A stretch of DNA of 64,000 nt from IMG/VR virus record IMGVR_UViG_3300025626_000019, positions 6,336 to 70,335 of that record; one strand, written 5' to 3'. The stretch's first letter is position 1. Each line of letters begins with the position of its first letter. Made by a program: the position numbers and the translations under genes. This document shows positions 21,344 to 30,871 of this stretch, piece after piece. Below the pieces are notes generated by a model, which saw only the letters and a list, made by a program, of their open reading frames with translations, was not told the origin of the DNA and searched no databases. The DNA is from a virus.

Positions 21344-21727
21344 ATGGCTTTTACATATACATACACTGTCCGTAACCTCAAGGTTAAGGATGAAGTGAAC
21401 GCAGATGGCGACACACTAACAAATGCTGTTGTGCAAACATACTGGGATATCGTCGGAACTGATGAAGAAGGCAATAGTGGTCAATTCACAGGCGCTACAC
21501 CATTCTCAGCGGCTACAGTACCTGCTGGTTCATTCACTGCTTTTGAAGACCTAGAAGAAGCAACAGTAATCGGTTGGATTACAAACGTAATCGATTCTGA
21601 TCCACAATACAAATCACACATCGACACGCAAATTCAAAAAGAAATTGACAGAAATGTTGCTACAGAAGTTGTTGGCGAAGACCTTCCTTGGGGTGAACCT
21701 ACACCAGCACCTGCTGACGATATTTAA
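21344..21727 (+). CDS. Small acidic tail-fibre-associated/virion protein
   Basis: GGAG RBS; 'F..FEDL.E..V.GW' motif common next to marine phage fibres; paralog of the next gene. Confidence 0.6.
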   Translation: MAFTYTYTVRNLKVKDEVNADGDTLTNAVVQTYWDIVGTDEEGNSGQFTGATPFSAATVPAGSFTAFEDLEEATVIGWITNVIDSDPQYKSHIDTQIQKEIDRNVATEVVGEDLPWGEPTPAPADDI

Positions 21728-21742
21728 TAGAAAGAAACGATT

Positions 21743-22072
21743 ATGAACTACACATGGGAAATACTAAAGCTTGGAACCCTTGACCAGACAAACAGTGATG
21801 GTGATGTGTTAGCAGATGCAATCATTTCTATTAAGTGGAAGAAAATTGCGACGAATGATGCCAATATTAAAGCAAGTTTTGTGGGTAAGACTGCACTTGA
21901 CGTATCTGACACATCAGCGGCTGACTACATTGATCTTGATGACGTGACAAAAGCAGATGTCATATCATGGATCGAAGGAACCATGACTGAAAGTGAAATA
22001 AATAACATTAATAAAATTCTAGCTAAAAAGCTAGAAACTGAAACGATGACTACGTTCAAACCAGACTGGTAA
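21743..22072 (+). CDS. Small tail-fibre-associated protein, paralog of 21344
   Basis: YTWEI...DGDVLADAI...W...DYIDLDDVTKADVISWI. Confidence 0.6.
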   Translation: MNYTWEILKLGTLDQTNSDGDVLADAIISIKWKKIATNDANIKASFVGKTALDVSDTSAADYIDLDDVTKADVISWIEGTMTESEINNINKILAKKLETETMTTFKPDW

Positions 22073-22105
22073 AAACTACAGTCTACTTTATATAATGGAG
22101 AAATC

Positions 22106-23143
22106 ATGCACGACTTGCACATGGGCGGTTTGGCAACATACGCTTTAAAAAGAGGGGGTTCATTGCATCCCCTATTGATACCAACTCAAGTTCTTGGAAA
22201 CGAGACTGGGATCATGAACCCCTCTATATTCTCACACAAGGGAAAAATCCTTGTAAATGTGAGACACGTAAACTACTATCTATATCACAGCGAAGGTAAA
22301 AAGTTTCCTCACCAGTGGGGTCCTTTGGTGTACATTCATCCAGAAAATGACGTAACACTCACTACGCATAATGTAATGTGTGAGTTAGACAAGAACATGA
22401 ATCTTGTGAACGCACAGCGTGTTAATATGGCATTAGATACTGGGAAGCCGACATGGAACTTTATCGGTCTTGAGGATGCACGTCTGTTCAGTTGGGAAGA
22501 CAGACTATTCCTATGTGGAGTACGTAGAGACTGTTATGACGATAAGGGGCGTGGTCGCATGGAGATGTGCGAAATCGAATTCCTTAATGGAGAATGGACA
22601 GAGGTATCACGTAACCCCATTCCAACTCCCGGTGATGACAGTTCTTATTGTGAAAAGAATTGGATGCCAGTTAATGATATGCCTTGGCACTTTGTTAAAT
22701 GGACAAATCCAACACAGGTTGTCAAGTTCGATATCGAAAGTGGCACAACTGTTGATGCGGTATATGATGCAGATAAAAGGGTTGAAGCCAACAAAGACTT
22801 TAGAGGTGGCTCACAGGTAGTCCGTATTAATGAAAATCAGCGTATGGCATTTGTTCATGAAACAAATTTGTTGCGTGACCCATTTGGCAGAAAAGATGGC
22901 AACTACGCACACCGTGTAATCATATGGGATAACGATTGGAATATTGTTCATAGAAGTCGTGAATTTCATTTCATGGGTACGTATTACGATCACGTAAAAG
23001 CGCAAGATTATAATATTGAATTTGTTACAGGAGTTACAACACTTGGCAATGACATCCTAATATCTTTTGGATGGCAAGACAATGCTTCATATGTATTGCG
23101 TATGCCACAAAGTGTGTTTTCGCAATTTTTAATGGTAGAGTAA
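22106..23143 (+). CDS. Five-bladed beta-propeller glycosidase/phosphorylase-like protein (GH130/DUF377-like)
   Basis: NPSI, GLEDARL, EKNWMP, IEFVTG and SFG..D motifs. Confidence 0.7.
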   Translation: MHDLHMGGLATYALKRGGSLHPLLIPTQVLGNETGIMNPSIFSHKGKILVNVRHVNYYLYHSEGKKFPHQWGPLVYIHPENDVTLTTHNVMCELDKNMNLVNAQRVNMALDTGKPTWNFIGLEDARLFSWEDRLFLCGVRRDCYDDKGRGRMEMCEIEFLNGEWTEVSRNPIPTPGDDSSYCEKNWMPVNDMPWHFVKWTNPTQVVKFDIESGTTVDAVYDADKRVEANKDFRGGSQVVRINENQRMAFVHETNLLRDPFGRKDGNYAHRVIIWDNDWNIVHRSREFHFMGTYYDHVKAQDYNIEFVTGVTTLGNDILISFGWQDNASYVLRMPQSVFSQFLMVE

Positions 23144-23377
23144 ATGACAAAGAAACTAATACAGATCACTGATATACTTGAGACTAAGCTTCGTAAAGAA
23201 AGAGAAATAGAATACTACGAAGAGCAAATTAAAAAGATACAACATAAGATGATGTTTCTTCAAAAAGACCTTGACCTAACTAAACTTATCATTTCGATTA
23301 TAGAGAAAGAAAAGGTTTATGATATTAAGGAAACGATGGAACAGCGAATGATAGAAGGTGATGATCATGAAATTTAA
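23144..23377 (+). CDS. Hypothetical coiled-coil protein
   Basis: 77-aa K/E-rich ORF within the operon. Confidence 0.6.
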   Translation: MTKKLIQITDILETKLRKEREIEYYEEQIKKIQHKMMFLQKDLDLTKLIISIIEKEKVYDIKETMEQRMIEGDDHEI

Positions 23378-24599
23378 AAATATGCAAATTCTGAATGACG
23401 TTGTTTTAGACTATAGTAACCCATGGAAGATGTTCAAACTCGCTTGTGAGTACGATAGACTTAAGCAAGGTGCGGCGGCATTTGGTTGGTATTTGAGAGC
23501 GGCTGACTTCTGTGAAGGCAATACCTTTGATGAGAAATTTCTGCAATATAAATGTATGGTTCTAGGTGCGGCTATCTTTGAAAGATCAGAGGCTAGAAAC
23601 CAAACGACACAGGGTCTTCTTAAGATGGCTATGGCGGTACTGCCTGATCGACCAGAAGCATATTACTTCATGGCTAAGCACTCAATGGACATCAATAACT
23701 TTCGTGATGGATTAATGTATGCTAAAATGGGTCTATCCAAAGAGTTAGTCGAACGCAGTGATGAATTGGGATATCCTGGTAGTATTGGGTTGGATCATGC
23801 ATACGCTGTTTGTAAATGGAAGACTGACGGTAGAGATGACTCTAAGAATTTGTTCTTTGATCTAAAGCACAAGAGATCACTGGATATGACTGATGAAATA
23901 CGTCAGAGCGTTGATTGGTGGCTTGACCAAATTGGCTACCCAAGTACACTACCATATAAAAGAGAAGAAATTAAGAAATACAGATGGCAGTTTGATGACC
24001 TTAATGTTATCGAAAGAAACTATTCTCGACACTTCCAAGACATGTTCGTCATATCACTTCTTAAAGGGAAGATGGAAGGCACGTTCGTAGAGATTGGTTC
24101 TGGACACCCCACTCTTTTTAACAACACATATATGTTAGAGAAAGACTTTGGATGGCGTGGCTTGTCTGTGGATCACAGCGAAAGAATGTGCGCTCAATTT
24201 AGTAGAGAACGTAATACATCTGTTATATTGGCAGATGCGAGTACACTAGACTATAGTAGTTTGTTCAAACAACATTGCCTTGAGCAACACATCGATTTCT
24301 TGAGAATTAATAGTGATCAGTCATCACTACCAGTTCTTAACTCAATACCTTTCAATAAACATGAGTTCTCTGTCGTTCAATTCCAACACAATGAATGTTG
24401 GTGGGGTTCTGATTATAAGGATAAGTCAAGAGAATACTTGAATAAGCTTGGTTATAAGCTGTTCGTTTCTGATGTGGCTATTGACAATAAGAATTCTTAT
24501 GAGGATTGGTGGGTACATCCGTCCTTCCTAAATAACAATATGAAAAGCAGTAATAAGATTAACTTTGCTTGGGACTATATGATGAGGGAAAGAACATGA
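23367..24599 (+). CDS. TPR-like N-terminus plus FkbM-like methyltransferase domain
   Basis: PDRPEAYY TPR-like helices; QDMFV...GTFVEIGSGHP...NNTYMLEK.FGWRGLSVD...YEDWWVHP. Confidence 0.7.
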   Translation: MKFKNMQILNDVVLDYSNPWKMFKLACEYDRLKQGAAAFGWYLRAADFCEGNTFDEKFLQYKCMVLGAAIFERSEARNQTTQGLLKMAMAVLPDRPEAYYFMAKHSMDINNFRDGLMYAKMGLSKELVERSDELGYPGSIGLDHAYAVCKWKTDGRDDSKNLFFDLKHKRSLDMTDEIRQSVDWWLDQIGYPSTLPYKREEIKKYRWQFDDLNVIERNYSRHFQDMFVISLLKGKMEGTFVEIGSGHPTLFNNTYMLEKDFGWRGLSVDHSERMCAQFSRERNTSVILADASTLDYSSLFKQHCLEQHIDFLRINSDQSSLPVLNSIPFNKHEFSVVQFQHNECWWGSDYKDKSREYLNKLGYKLFVSDVAIDNKNSYEDWWVHPSFLNNNMKSSNKINFAWDYMMRERT

Positions 24600-25369
24600 A
24601 ACCAGTGATCGTAACAGGGGGGTTTGATCCTCTACACTCAGGACATATTGCATACTTCAAAGCGGCTAAAGAATTAGGTTCTATCCTATTCGTTGGTCTT
24701 AATAGTGACGAATGGCTGACACGTAAAAAGGGCAGACCTTTCATGTCTATTGAAGAACGTATGTCTATTATCAAAGAAATTGGTTGTGTGGGTCATGTGT
24801 TTACTTTTGATGATTCAGATGACACTGCATGTGATGCTATTCGATATGTAGCAAAACAAACTCCTAGAAACTCAGAAATCATATTCGCTAATGGTGGTGA
24901 TCGTAAAAAAGGAACAACACCAGAAGTTGAGTTTGCTAGAGAATTACGTGATGAATGTAACATATCATTTGCATTTGGTGTTGGTGGAGAAGATAAGAAG
25001 AATAGTTCATCATGGATATTAAAGGAGTGGGACAAGCCCACTACAGATAGACTATGGGGTAAATATAGAGACTTAGATCAGAATGGACATTGGAAAGTTA
25101 AAGAGTTGTCTATTGATGTTGGTAAGTCATTATCTGATCAAAGACACTTCATACGTTCTGAACATTGGCATATTGTTGATGGTAGTCTTAAGATGAACTT
25201 AGAGTTTAATGATGGTTACTCAACATCTAAGGTATATGGTACTGGTGACAGTATAGACATTCCATCTAAGACTTGGCATCATGCAACTAATGTTGGTAAT
25301 AAACCTGTTAAGGTTATTGAAGTGTGGATGGGTGATACCTTATCAGAAGATGATATTGAAAGAAGATAA
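24596..25369 (+). CDS. Cytidylyl/adenylyltransferase (HxGH) fused to a mannose-6-P isomerase-like cupin
   Basis: TGGFDPLHSGH, GLNSDEWL.RKKG, ANGGDR; C-terminal LSDQRH..RSEHW...VIEVW.G..L.EDDIER. Confidence 0.82.
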   Translation: MKPVIVTGGFDPLHSGHIAYFKAAKELGSILFVGLNSDEWLTRKKGRPFMSIEERMSIIKEIGCVGHVFTFDDSDDTACDAIRYVAKQTPRNSEIIFANGGDRKKGTTPEVEFARELRDECNISFAFGVGGEDKKNSSSWILKEWDKPTTDRLWGKYRDLDQNGHWKVKELSIDVGKSLSDQRHFIRSEHWHIVDGSLKMNLEFNDGYSTSKVYGTGDSIDIPSKTWHHATNVGNKPVKVIEVWMGDTLSEDDIERR

Positions 25370-25427
25370 TCTTAATTATCCTTAAAAGCATTAAAGAAAC
25401 ATTATTGTTCTTATTAAGGTTACACCT

Positions 25428-25455
25428 ATTATACCACGTCTCAGAATGTTGTCAA
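25428..25455 (-). promoter_or_regulatory. Orphan sigma70-like promoter (TTGACA-16-TATAAT) pointing leftward
   Basis: tgtcaa 25450-25455 and attata 25428-25433. Confidence 0.45.
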
Positions 25456-25464
25456 CTCTTTTTT

Positions 25465-25472
25465 TATAAATA
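25465..25472 (+). promoter_or_regulatory. T4 late promoter
   Basis: TATAAATA upstream of 25503. Confidence 0.75.
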
Positions 25473-25502
25473 TAAGAAAATAATGCAACAAAGGAGAAGA
25501 AG

Positions 25503-25910
25503 ATGGCTTTTCAGTTATCCCCACAAACGAGAAATGGTACGCTCCAAGCAATCGAAACAACGATTGGGGCAAACCCAATTCTTACGATTGCTACAGGATC
25601 AGTACCAACTGAGTGTGCAAGCGCAAACACAGGTTCTATTGTAGCAACAATGGTACTACCAACAGATTGGCTTTCAGCACCAAACAATGGTGTTATGCAA
25701 TTATCTGGTAGTTGGCAAGACCTTTCAGCGGATGCTTCTGGTACTGCTGGGTACTTTAGAGTACACCAAAGTGATGGATCAGTATGTCACTTGCAAGGTA
25801 CTATCTCAGCATCTGGTTCTGGTGGAGATATGCAACTTGACAACACCAACATCGCAATTGGTCAGCAAATCACTATTACGACATTTACAATTACTGCTGG
25901 TGGCGCATAA
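25503..25910 (+). CDS. Putative virion structural protein
   Basis: Late promoter, AGGAG RBS; 'ADASGTAGYFR...QGTI...GGDMQLDNTNI..GQ.ITI..FT' family. Confidence 0.6.
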   Translation: MAFQLSPQTRNGTLQAIETTIGANPILTIATGSVPTECASANTGSIVATMVLPTDWLSAPNNGVMQLSGSWQDLSADASGTAGYFRVHQSDGSVCHLQGTISASGSGGDMQLDNTNIAIGQQITITTFTITAGGA

Positions 25911-25923
25911 AAGGACGTTCTAA

Positions 25924-26505
25924 ATGTCTAACGGCGTAACTACAGGAAGTATAGATTTCAGCTTTTTCGGTGGGGGATATTCAGTCCTTGTCGGTCAAGC
26001 TAATGGCACGTTCGATGTATCTATTACATCTGACGTGTTTGTTCCTGTTCATGCTAATGCCAATAACACTGTAGAATTTTTTGTCACTGCTGGGGTTGAA
26101 ACTCCGACTATTTACGGTGAATTCAACGGTACTATAGACTTCTCTTTAAATGAGAGTGGACGTATTGTATTTGGACGCCAAGGATATGGTGAATCTGCTA
26201 ACCTTTCCATAGAGTTCACTGGATCGGCTACAGCAACCAACCCTATTGTGGGTAGTTTTGATAACATATTTCCAATTGAGTTCAGTGGTACTATGGCTCA
26301 GTTTTCGTTGGGTCAAACTACAGGTGCTTTTTCGTATGCATTGCAGTCTAAGGTTGTCAACTATACCTTACTAAACAAAAGCAGACCAAACTTAACAAAC
26401 GGTATCAGACTACAGGATACTCAAAACAACCAAGTAACCATAAAACAAGAGCCAAATGGCGTCAAGGTACGCAACAGTGGCGAAAATTTTGTTATAATCA
26501 GATAA
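25924..26505 (+). CDS. Putative virion protein (beta-rich)
   Basis: G/S/T/F-rich ORF in the late operon. Confidence 0.55.
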   Translation: MSNGVTTGSIDFSFFGGGYSVLVGQANGTFDVSITSDVFVPVHANANNTVEFFVTAGVETPTIYGEFNGTIDFSLNESGRIVFGRQGYGESANLSIEFTGSATATNPIVGSFDNIFPIEFSGTMAQFSLGQTTGAFSYALQSKVVNYTLLNKSRPNLTNGIRLQDTQNNQVTIKQEPNGVKVRNSGENFVIIR

Positions 26506-26543
26506 CAACTTTTTAGATAAATAAAAGTAAACGGAGAGAACAC

Positions 26544-26876
26544 ATGTCGGATAACTTCTACATTAAGCAAAACGATACTGCCCCATCTTTAGAAGTAGTC
26601 CTAACAAGTTCGTCTGGACGTGCTAAGCCTATGACAGAAGCGGCAACCATCTCTTTTAATATGTCAACAGATGCTGGCGTTAATGTGGTGAGCCAAGGCG
26701 TAGGGACAATCGTTAACTCAGCGAAGGGCATCGTTGCCTATACTTGGCAGACAGGTGATACCTCGAATACAGGCATTCACAACGCAGAATTTCAAGTTAC
26801 TTATAACAATGGTCAGATCGAAACTTTCCCTAACTCTGGCTACATTAAAGTAATCATCAAAGGTGAGTTAGCATAA
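26544..26876 (+). CDS. BppU N-terminal-like/Ig-like virion protein
   Basis: IKQNDT.P.L...G.V.Y.WQ.GDT...G...AEF.VTY..G..ETFPN. Confidence 0.65.
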   Translation: MSDNFYIKQNDTAPSLEVVLTSSSGRAKPMTEAATISFNMSTDAGVNVVSQGVGTIVNSAKGIVAYTWQTGDTSNTGIHNAEFQVTYNNGQIETFPNSGYIKVIIKGELA

Positions 26877-27619
26877 TGGCACAACCAAGATCAAAAGAAG
26901 ACTTTAAAGACTATATCCTAAGAAAAATTGGCGCACCAGTAATTGACATCAACGTTGCAGATGAGCAAGTTGAAGATCGTGTAGATGAAGCCATTTCTTT
27001 TTGGAGAGATTACCACTACAACGGTAGTCAACTAGTATACCTCAAACACCAAATTACAGAAGCAGACAAAACCAATGGGTACATTCCGTTGCCACAGGGG
27101 CTGTTAGGTATTTCTAAGATATTTGATATGGATACGAGCATTTCAACTGGTACTGGCATGTTTAACGTCAACTATCAATTTGTTTTGAATAACATCCAAG
27201 ATATGACTAGCTACAACATGCAGAACTACTACATGACTATGCAACACATTGAGTTCATGCAAGAGCTATTGGTTGGCAAACCTTTAATCCGTTACAACAA
27301 GCACGTAAATAAACTACACATTGATACAGACAAGAAGTCTTGGGCAGTAGGCAATTACATTCTTATCGAAGCATATGATGTTGTTAACCCTGATGAATAC
27401 GCAGATGTTTGGGGTGATCGTTGGTTGCAGAACTATGCGGCTGTCCTTGTGCGTGAGCAATGGGGTTTGAATCTTACTAAATTTACACAGATGCAATTGG
27501 TTGGGGGAGTACAGTTTAATGGTGAGCAAATCCTTGCTGAGGCTAGGGCTGACCGCGAACGTATGGAAGAAGAGGCAATCAGAGCATTGCAACCTTTGAC
27601 CTATAACTTTATTGGATAA
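26876..27619 (+). CDS. gp13: Neck protein gp13
   Basis: LRKIGAPVIDINV..EQ..DR..EA...W..YHY.G; QWG.NL.KF....L.GGV..NG. Confidence 0.92.
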   Translation: MAQPRSKEDFKDYILRKIGAPVIDINVADEQVEDRVDEAISFWRDYHYNGSQLVYLKHQITEADKTNGYIPLPQGLLGISKIFDMDTSISTGTGMFNVNYQFVLNNIQDMTSYNMQNYYMTMQHIEFMQELLVGKPLIRYNKHVNKLHIDTDKKSWAVGNYILIEAYDVVNPDEYADVWGDRWLQNYAAVLVREQWGLNLTKFTQMQLVGGVQFNGEQILAEARADRERMEEEAIRALQPLTYNFIG

Positions 27620-27622
27620 GAT

Positions 27623-28306
27623 ATGGCAACTAACGCATATTTCAGAAATACGACGAATAGCTACGAACAGAACTTGATCGATGACTTGGTTATCGAGTCA
27701 ATCCAGATGTATGGCCTTGACGTCAAATACGTTTCGAGAAATAACGCCAATATCGATTCTCTATTGAATGAGGATGATATTCCCACATTCGATGCATATT
27801 ACGATTTTGAAGTTTATATTAAAAACGTAGATGGGTTTGAGGGCGAAGGCGACTTCTTGAGTAAGTTCGGTCTTCAAATTCGTGACTCTATTACATTTAC
27901 AGTTGCAATACGAACATTTGAGCGCTTCGTCACAAGAGAAAACGATAAGAGAATAAGACCTATCGCTGGTGAAGTTATATTCTTGCCTCTGAACAACAAG
28001 CTTTATAAAATCCAACACGTAGAACACGAGAGTGTGTTCTATCAAAGTGGTGCGCTGCAGGTTTATGACATGCGCTGTGAACTTATGGAATATTCTGGTG
28101 AGCAATTCGATACAGGATATTATGACATCGACCACTTCTTCGATGATATTGATACTACGGCTAATACGGTAAATACGCTTGAAACTTTAACCGCTGTTGA
28201 TCCTCTTGCTGATAACTTGGCATTTGAACAACAAGCTGATGACATTTTAGATTTCTCTGAAATGGACCCTTTCAGCGAAAACATTTCAATACAGGATGAA
28301 GTATAA
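27623..28306 (+). CDS. gp14: Neck/head-closure protein gp14
   Basis: EQNLI.DL..ESI.MYG....Y; GFEGEGDFLSKFGL.I.D; VEHE..FYQ. Confidence 0.92.
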   Translation: MATNAYFRNTTNSYEQNLIDDLVIESIQMYGLDVKYVSRNNANIDSLLNEDDIPTFDAYYDFEVYIKNVDGFEGEGDFLSKFGLQIRDSITFTVAIRTFERFVTRENDKRIRPIAGEVIFLPLNNKLYKIQHVEHESVFYQSGALQVYDMRCELMEYSGEQFDTGYYDIDHFFDDIDTTANTVNTLETLTAVDPLADNLAFEQQADDILDFSEMDPFSENISIQDEV

Positions 28307-30411
28307 TGGCAATTGCAAACTATTTCTACAACTCTACTACTAGAAAGTATGTGGCGATATTCGGTACACTCTTTAATCAGATAAAGATTGAGAGAACTAA
28401 TAATGCTGGGGTTAAGCAACAAGAAATGATTGTTCCTCTATCGTATGCTCCATTCCAAAAGATTTTGGCGAGAGTAGCGGCTGATCCTGATCTTATCAAC
28501 AGTACACGCCCAGCGATGACGCTTCCAAGGATGTCTTTTGAGATTAACAACGTAACTTATGATTCACAAAGAAAAGTAGCTACGACACGCAAGGTGCTGA
28601 AGCCAACGGCTGATGATAACACCAACCAAAGAGAATTTATGTATTCTGGTGTTCCGTACAACATTGATTTTTCGTTGTACATCATGACAAAGTATGCCGA
28701 AGATGCCACCAAGATCATGGAGCAAATTCTTCCTTTCTTTACGCCTGACTGGACTGTGACAGCCAAGATGATACCAGACCATGAGGCGGTTGATATCCCA
28801 ATCATATTAAACAGTGTAACAACTGAAGACTTGTATGAGGGTACTTTCGAAGAAAGACAATCAATTCTATACACATTAACCTTCACTTTAAAGGGTTACT
28901 ACTTTGGACCTCAAAAGACCAAGAAGGTAATTAAGTTTGTTGATGTTGATATGTTTAATGGCACAGCTACCAACGCCCCATTCGTAGAGGGTGTAGACGT
29001 AAGACCTGGCCTTAGCGCAAATGGTCAACCTATATCAACAGAAGGGCAACAAGCCACAGCAAGGGCTGTTCTTTCGAATGGGACAGTAGGATCGATTGAT
29101 GTATTAGTTAATGGCGAGAAGTATAACGCTAACACTACAGTAACTGTATCAGCGCCTGATACAGCAAATGCTTCGCTGACGGCAACGATGACAAGCGGTT
29201 CTGTTACTGCGATTAATGTTATTGAAGGTGGTGGTCACTTCTCTACGCCACCAACAATAAGCTTTAGTGTTCCAGATGGAACGCCAGTAACTGCCACAGG
29301 AACAGTTAATGTGGTGGGAGACTCCATTGGTTCTATAGATATTACTAATGTAGGAAGTTTCTACAACACACCAACATTTAGTATTAGCCCACCACCAAAT
29401 GTTTCCTCTGTTTTCAAATTTGGTGACGATGCGTTGCCACATGCAACTGAAGACGATGTTACATTGTTGCACACGTTCGATGGTTTCTTTAGCTCTAATA
29501 CTGGGTATAAGGTTCAATTCTGGATTTACCCAACTGAAATTACTGCTGGTAATCCATATTCGATCTTATATGCACCGTTTACTAAGATATATATGAATAC
29601 CACTGGGCAGATTGGATTTCAATATGGTTCACAACCAGTCATAACATCTGATACAAACGTAGTGGCAAATCAGTGGAACCATGTTGAGCTAGAGCATTCT
29701 GGCACTAGCATCAGACTTAATGTCAATGGCGTTAAGGGTACTACAGAAACACGTGGTGCTGGTAATGTTATTCTTCCAAACCACACATATAGTGCGGGTG
29801 ATGCACAAGGTAACCAATCTGTTTTCGATGGTGCTAATAGAGGTTTCGTTGGATCGTTGGATAATATCACATTCGAAACCCAAGCTCAACTAGTTGGTGC
29901 GGATGGATCATCTTACACTTTACCTACATCGGCTAATAGTGGTGATATTTTCACTCAAAACTTTGACAAAGACTTGCCTGTACTATCACCAATAGTTGTT
30001 GATGGCGAAATAACTGCGATAACTGTTGTCAACGGTGGTCTTGGTTATACAGGCGATACACCTACAATCACATTTGATGCACCAGACGATGTTGCTTCAA
30101 GCTTCACCGCTTCTGCAACCGCCAACCTAATCAACGGTGTTATAGATAGTGTTACTATAAATAACTCTGGTAAATTCTACGCAACTGATGCAATCATTTC
30201 TGTGTCAGCACCAACTGCTACTACTGCCACTGCAACCGCTGTAATCGCATCTAATGGAGACGTTTCATCTATTACAGTAACAGATGCTGGTCTAGGTTAT
30301 AGATCAGTGCCAACCGTGATTATATCACCACCAACCTTTGGCTCAATACCATACAATCAGATTGAGTTCGATGATGACTGGGGTATCATTAAAACAATAG
30401 TGAGTGAATAA
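28306..30411 (+). CDS. gp15: Tail sheath stabilizer/terminator gp15 with a long C-terminal extension
   Basis: N-terminal YFY..TRKYV..FGTLFN...VPL.YAP.QK...LPRMSFE...EQILPFF.P; ~450-aa extension with G-G-Y...PT-I repeats and a LamG-like segment. Confidence 0.88.
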   Translation: MAIANYFYNSTTRKYVAIFGTLFNQIKIERTNNAGVKQQEMIVPLSYAPFQKILARVAADPDLINSTRPAMTLPRMSFEINNVTYDSQRKVATTRKVLKPTADDNTNQREFMYSGVPYNIDFSLYIMTKYAEDATKIMEQILPFFTPDWTVTAKMIPDHEAVDIPIILNSVTTEDLYEGTFEERQSILYTLTFTLKGYYFGPQKTKKVIKFVDVDMFNGTATNAPFVEGVDVRPGLSANGQPISTEGQQATARAVLSNGTVGSIDVLVNGEKYNANTTVTVSAPDTANASLTATMTSGSVTAINVIEGGGHFSTPPTISFSVPDGTPVTATGTVNVVGDSIGSIDITNVGSFYNTPTFSISPPPNVSSVFKFGDDALPHATEDDVTLLHTFDGFFSSNTGYKVQFWIYPTEITAGNPYSILYAPFTKIYMNTTGQIGFQYGSQPVITSDTNVVANQWNHVELEHSGTSIRLNVNGVKGTTETRGAGNVILPNHTYSAGDAQGNQSVFDGANRGFVGSLDNITFETQAQLVGADGSSYTLPTSANSGDIFTQNFDKDLPVLSPIVVDGEITAITVVNGGLGYTGDTPTITFDAPDDVASSFTASATANLINGVIDSVTINNSGKFYATDAIISVSAPTATTATATAVIASNGDVSSITVTDAGLGYRSVPTVIISPPTFGSIPYNQIEFDDDWGIIKTIVSE

Positions 30412-30412
30412 T

Positions 30413-30871
30413 ATGAATGACAAGATAGCTGAAAACCTTGGCCTTAGACCATTATCAGAGATTAGGGATGATGAACTAGAGCAAGACAATCTTCCTGTTG
30501 AATTTGAAGAAATATCATCTACTGTTATTGAACATAACGCAGAACCTATCGACGATGAAAATCTTAAAGACCTCACTAAAGTTCGTGAGAATATCGAAGG
30601 TGTTATTGCATTGGGCAATGAAGCAGTGCGAGAAATGTTAGAAATCGCAAAACAATCAGAGTCTGCAAGAGGCTTTGAGGTCGTGTCTACACTTATGAAG
30701 ACCTTACTTGATGCAAACAAAGACTTCGCAGACGTATCTACTAAGAAGAAATTTGCGAAAGAAGAAATTATGGGACCCAGAGAAAACGCTCAAACAAATG
30801 TTACTAATAACAACTTGATTGTTTCTACTGCGGATTTATTGAAAATGTTGAAAGAGAATGAGAATGGGTGA
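30413..30871 (+). CDS. gp16: Terminase small subunit gp16
   Basis: A.QSES.R.FEV...L.K; NNN..V.STADL.K.L; position between gp15 and gp17. Confidence 0.85.
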   Translation: MNDKIAENLGLRPLSEIRDDELEQDNLPVEFEEISSTVIEHNAEPIDDENLKDLTKVRENIEGVIALGNEAVREMLEIAKQSESARGFEVVSTLMKTLLDANKDFADVSTKKKFAKEEIMGPRENAQTNVTNNNLIVSTADLLKMLKENENG

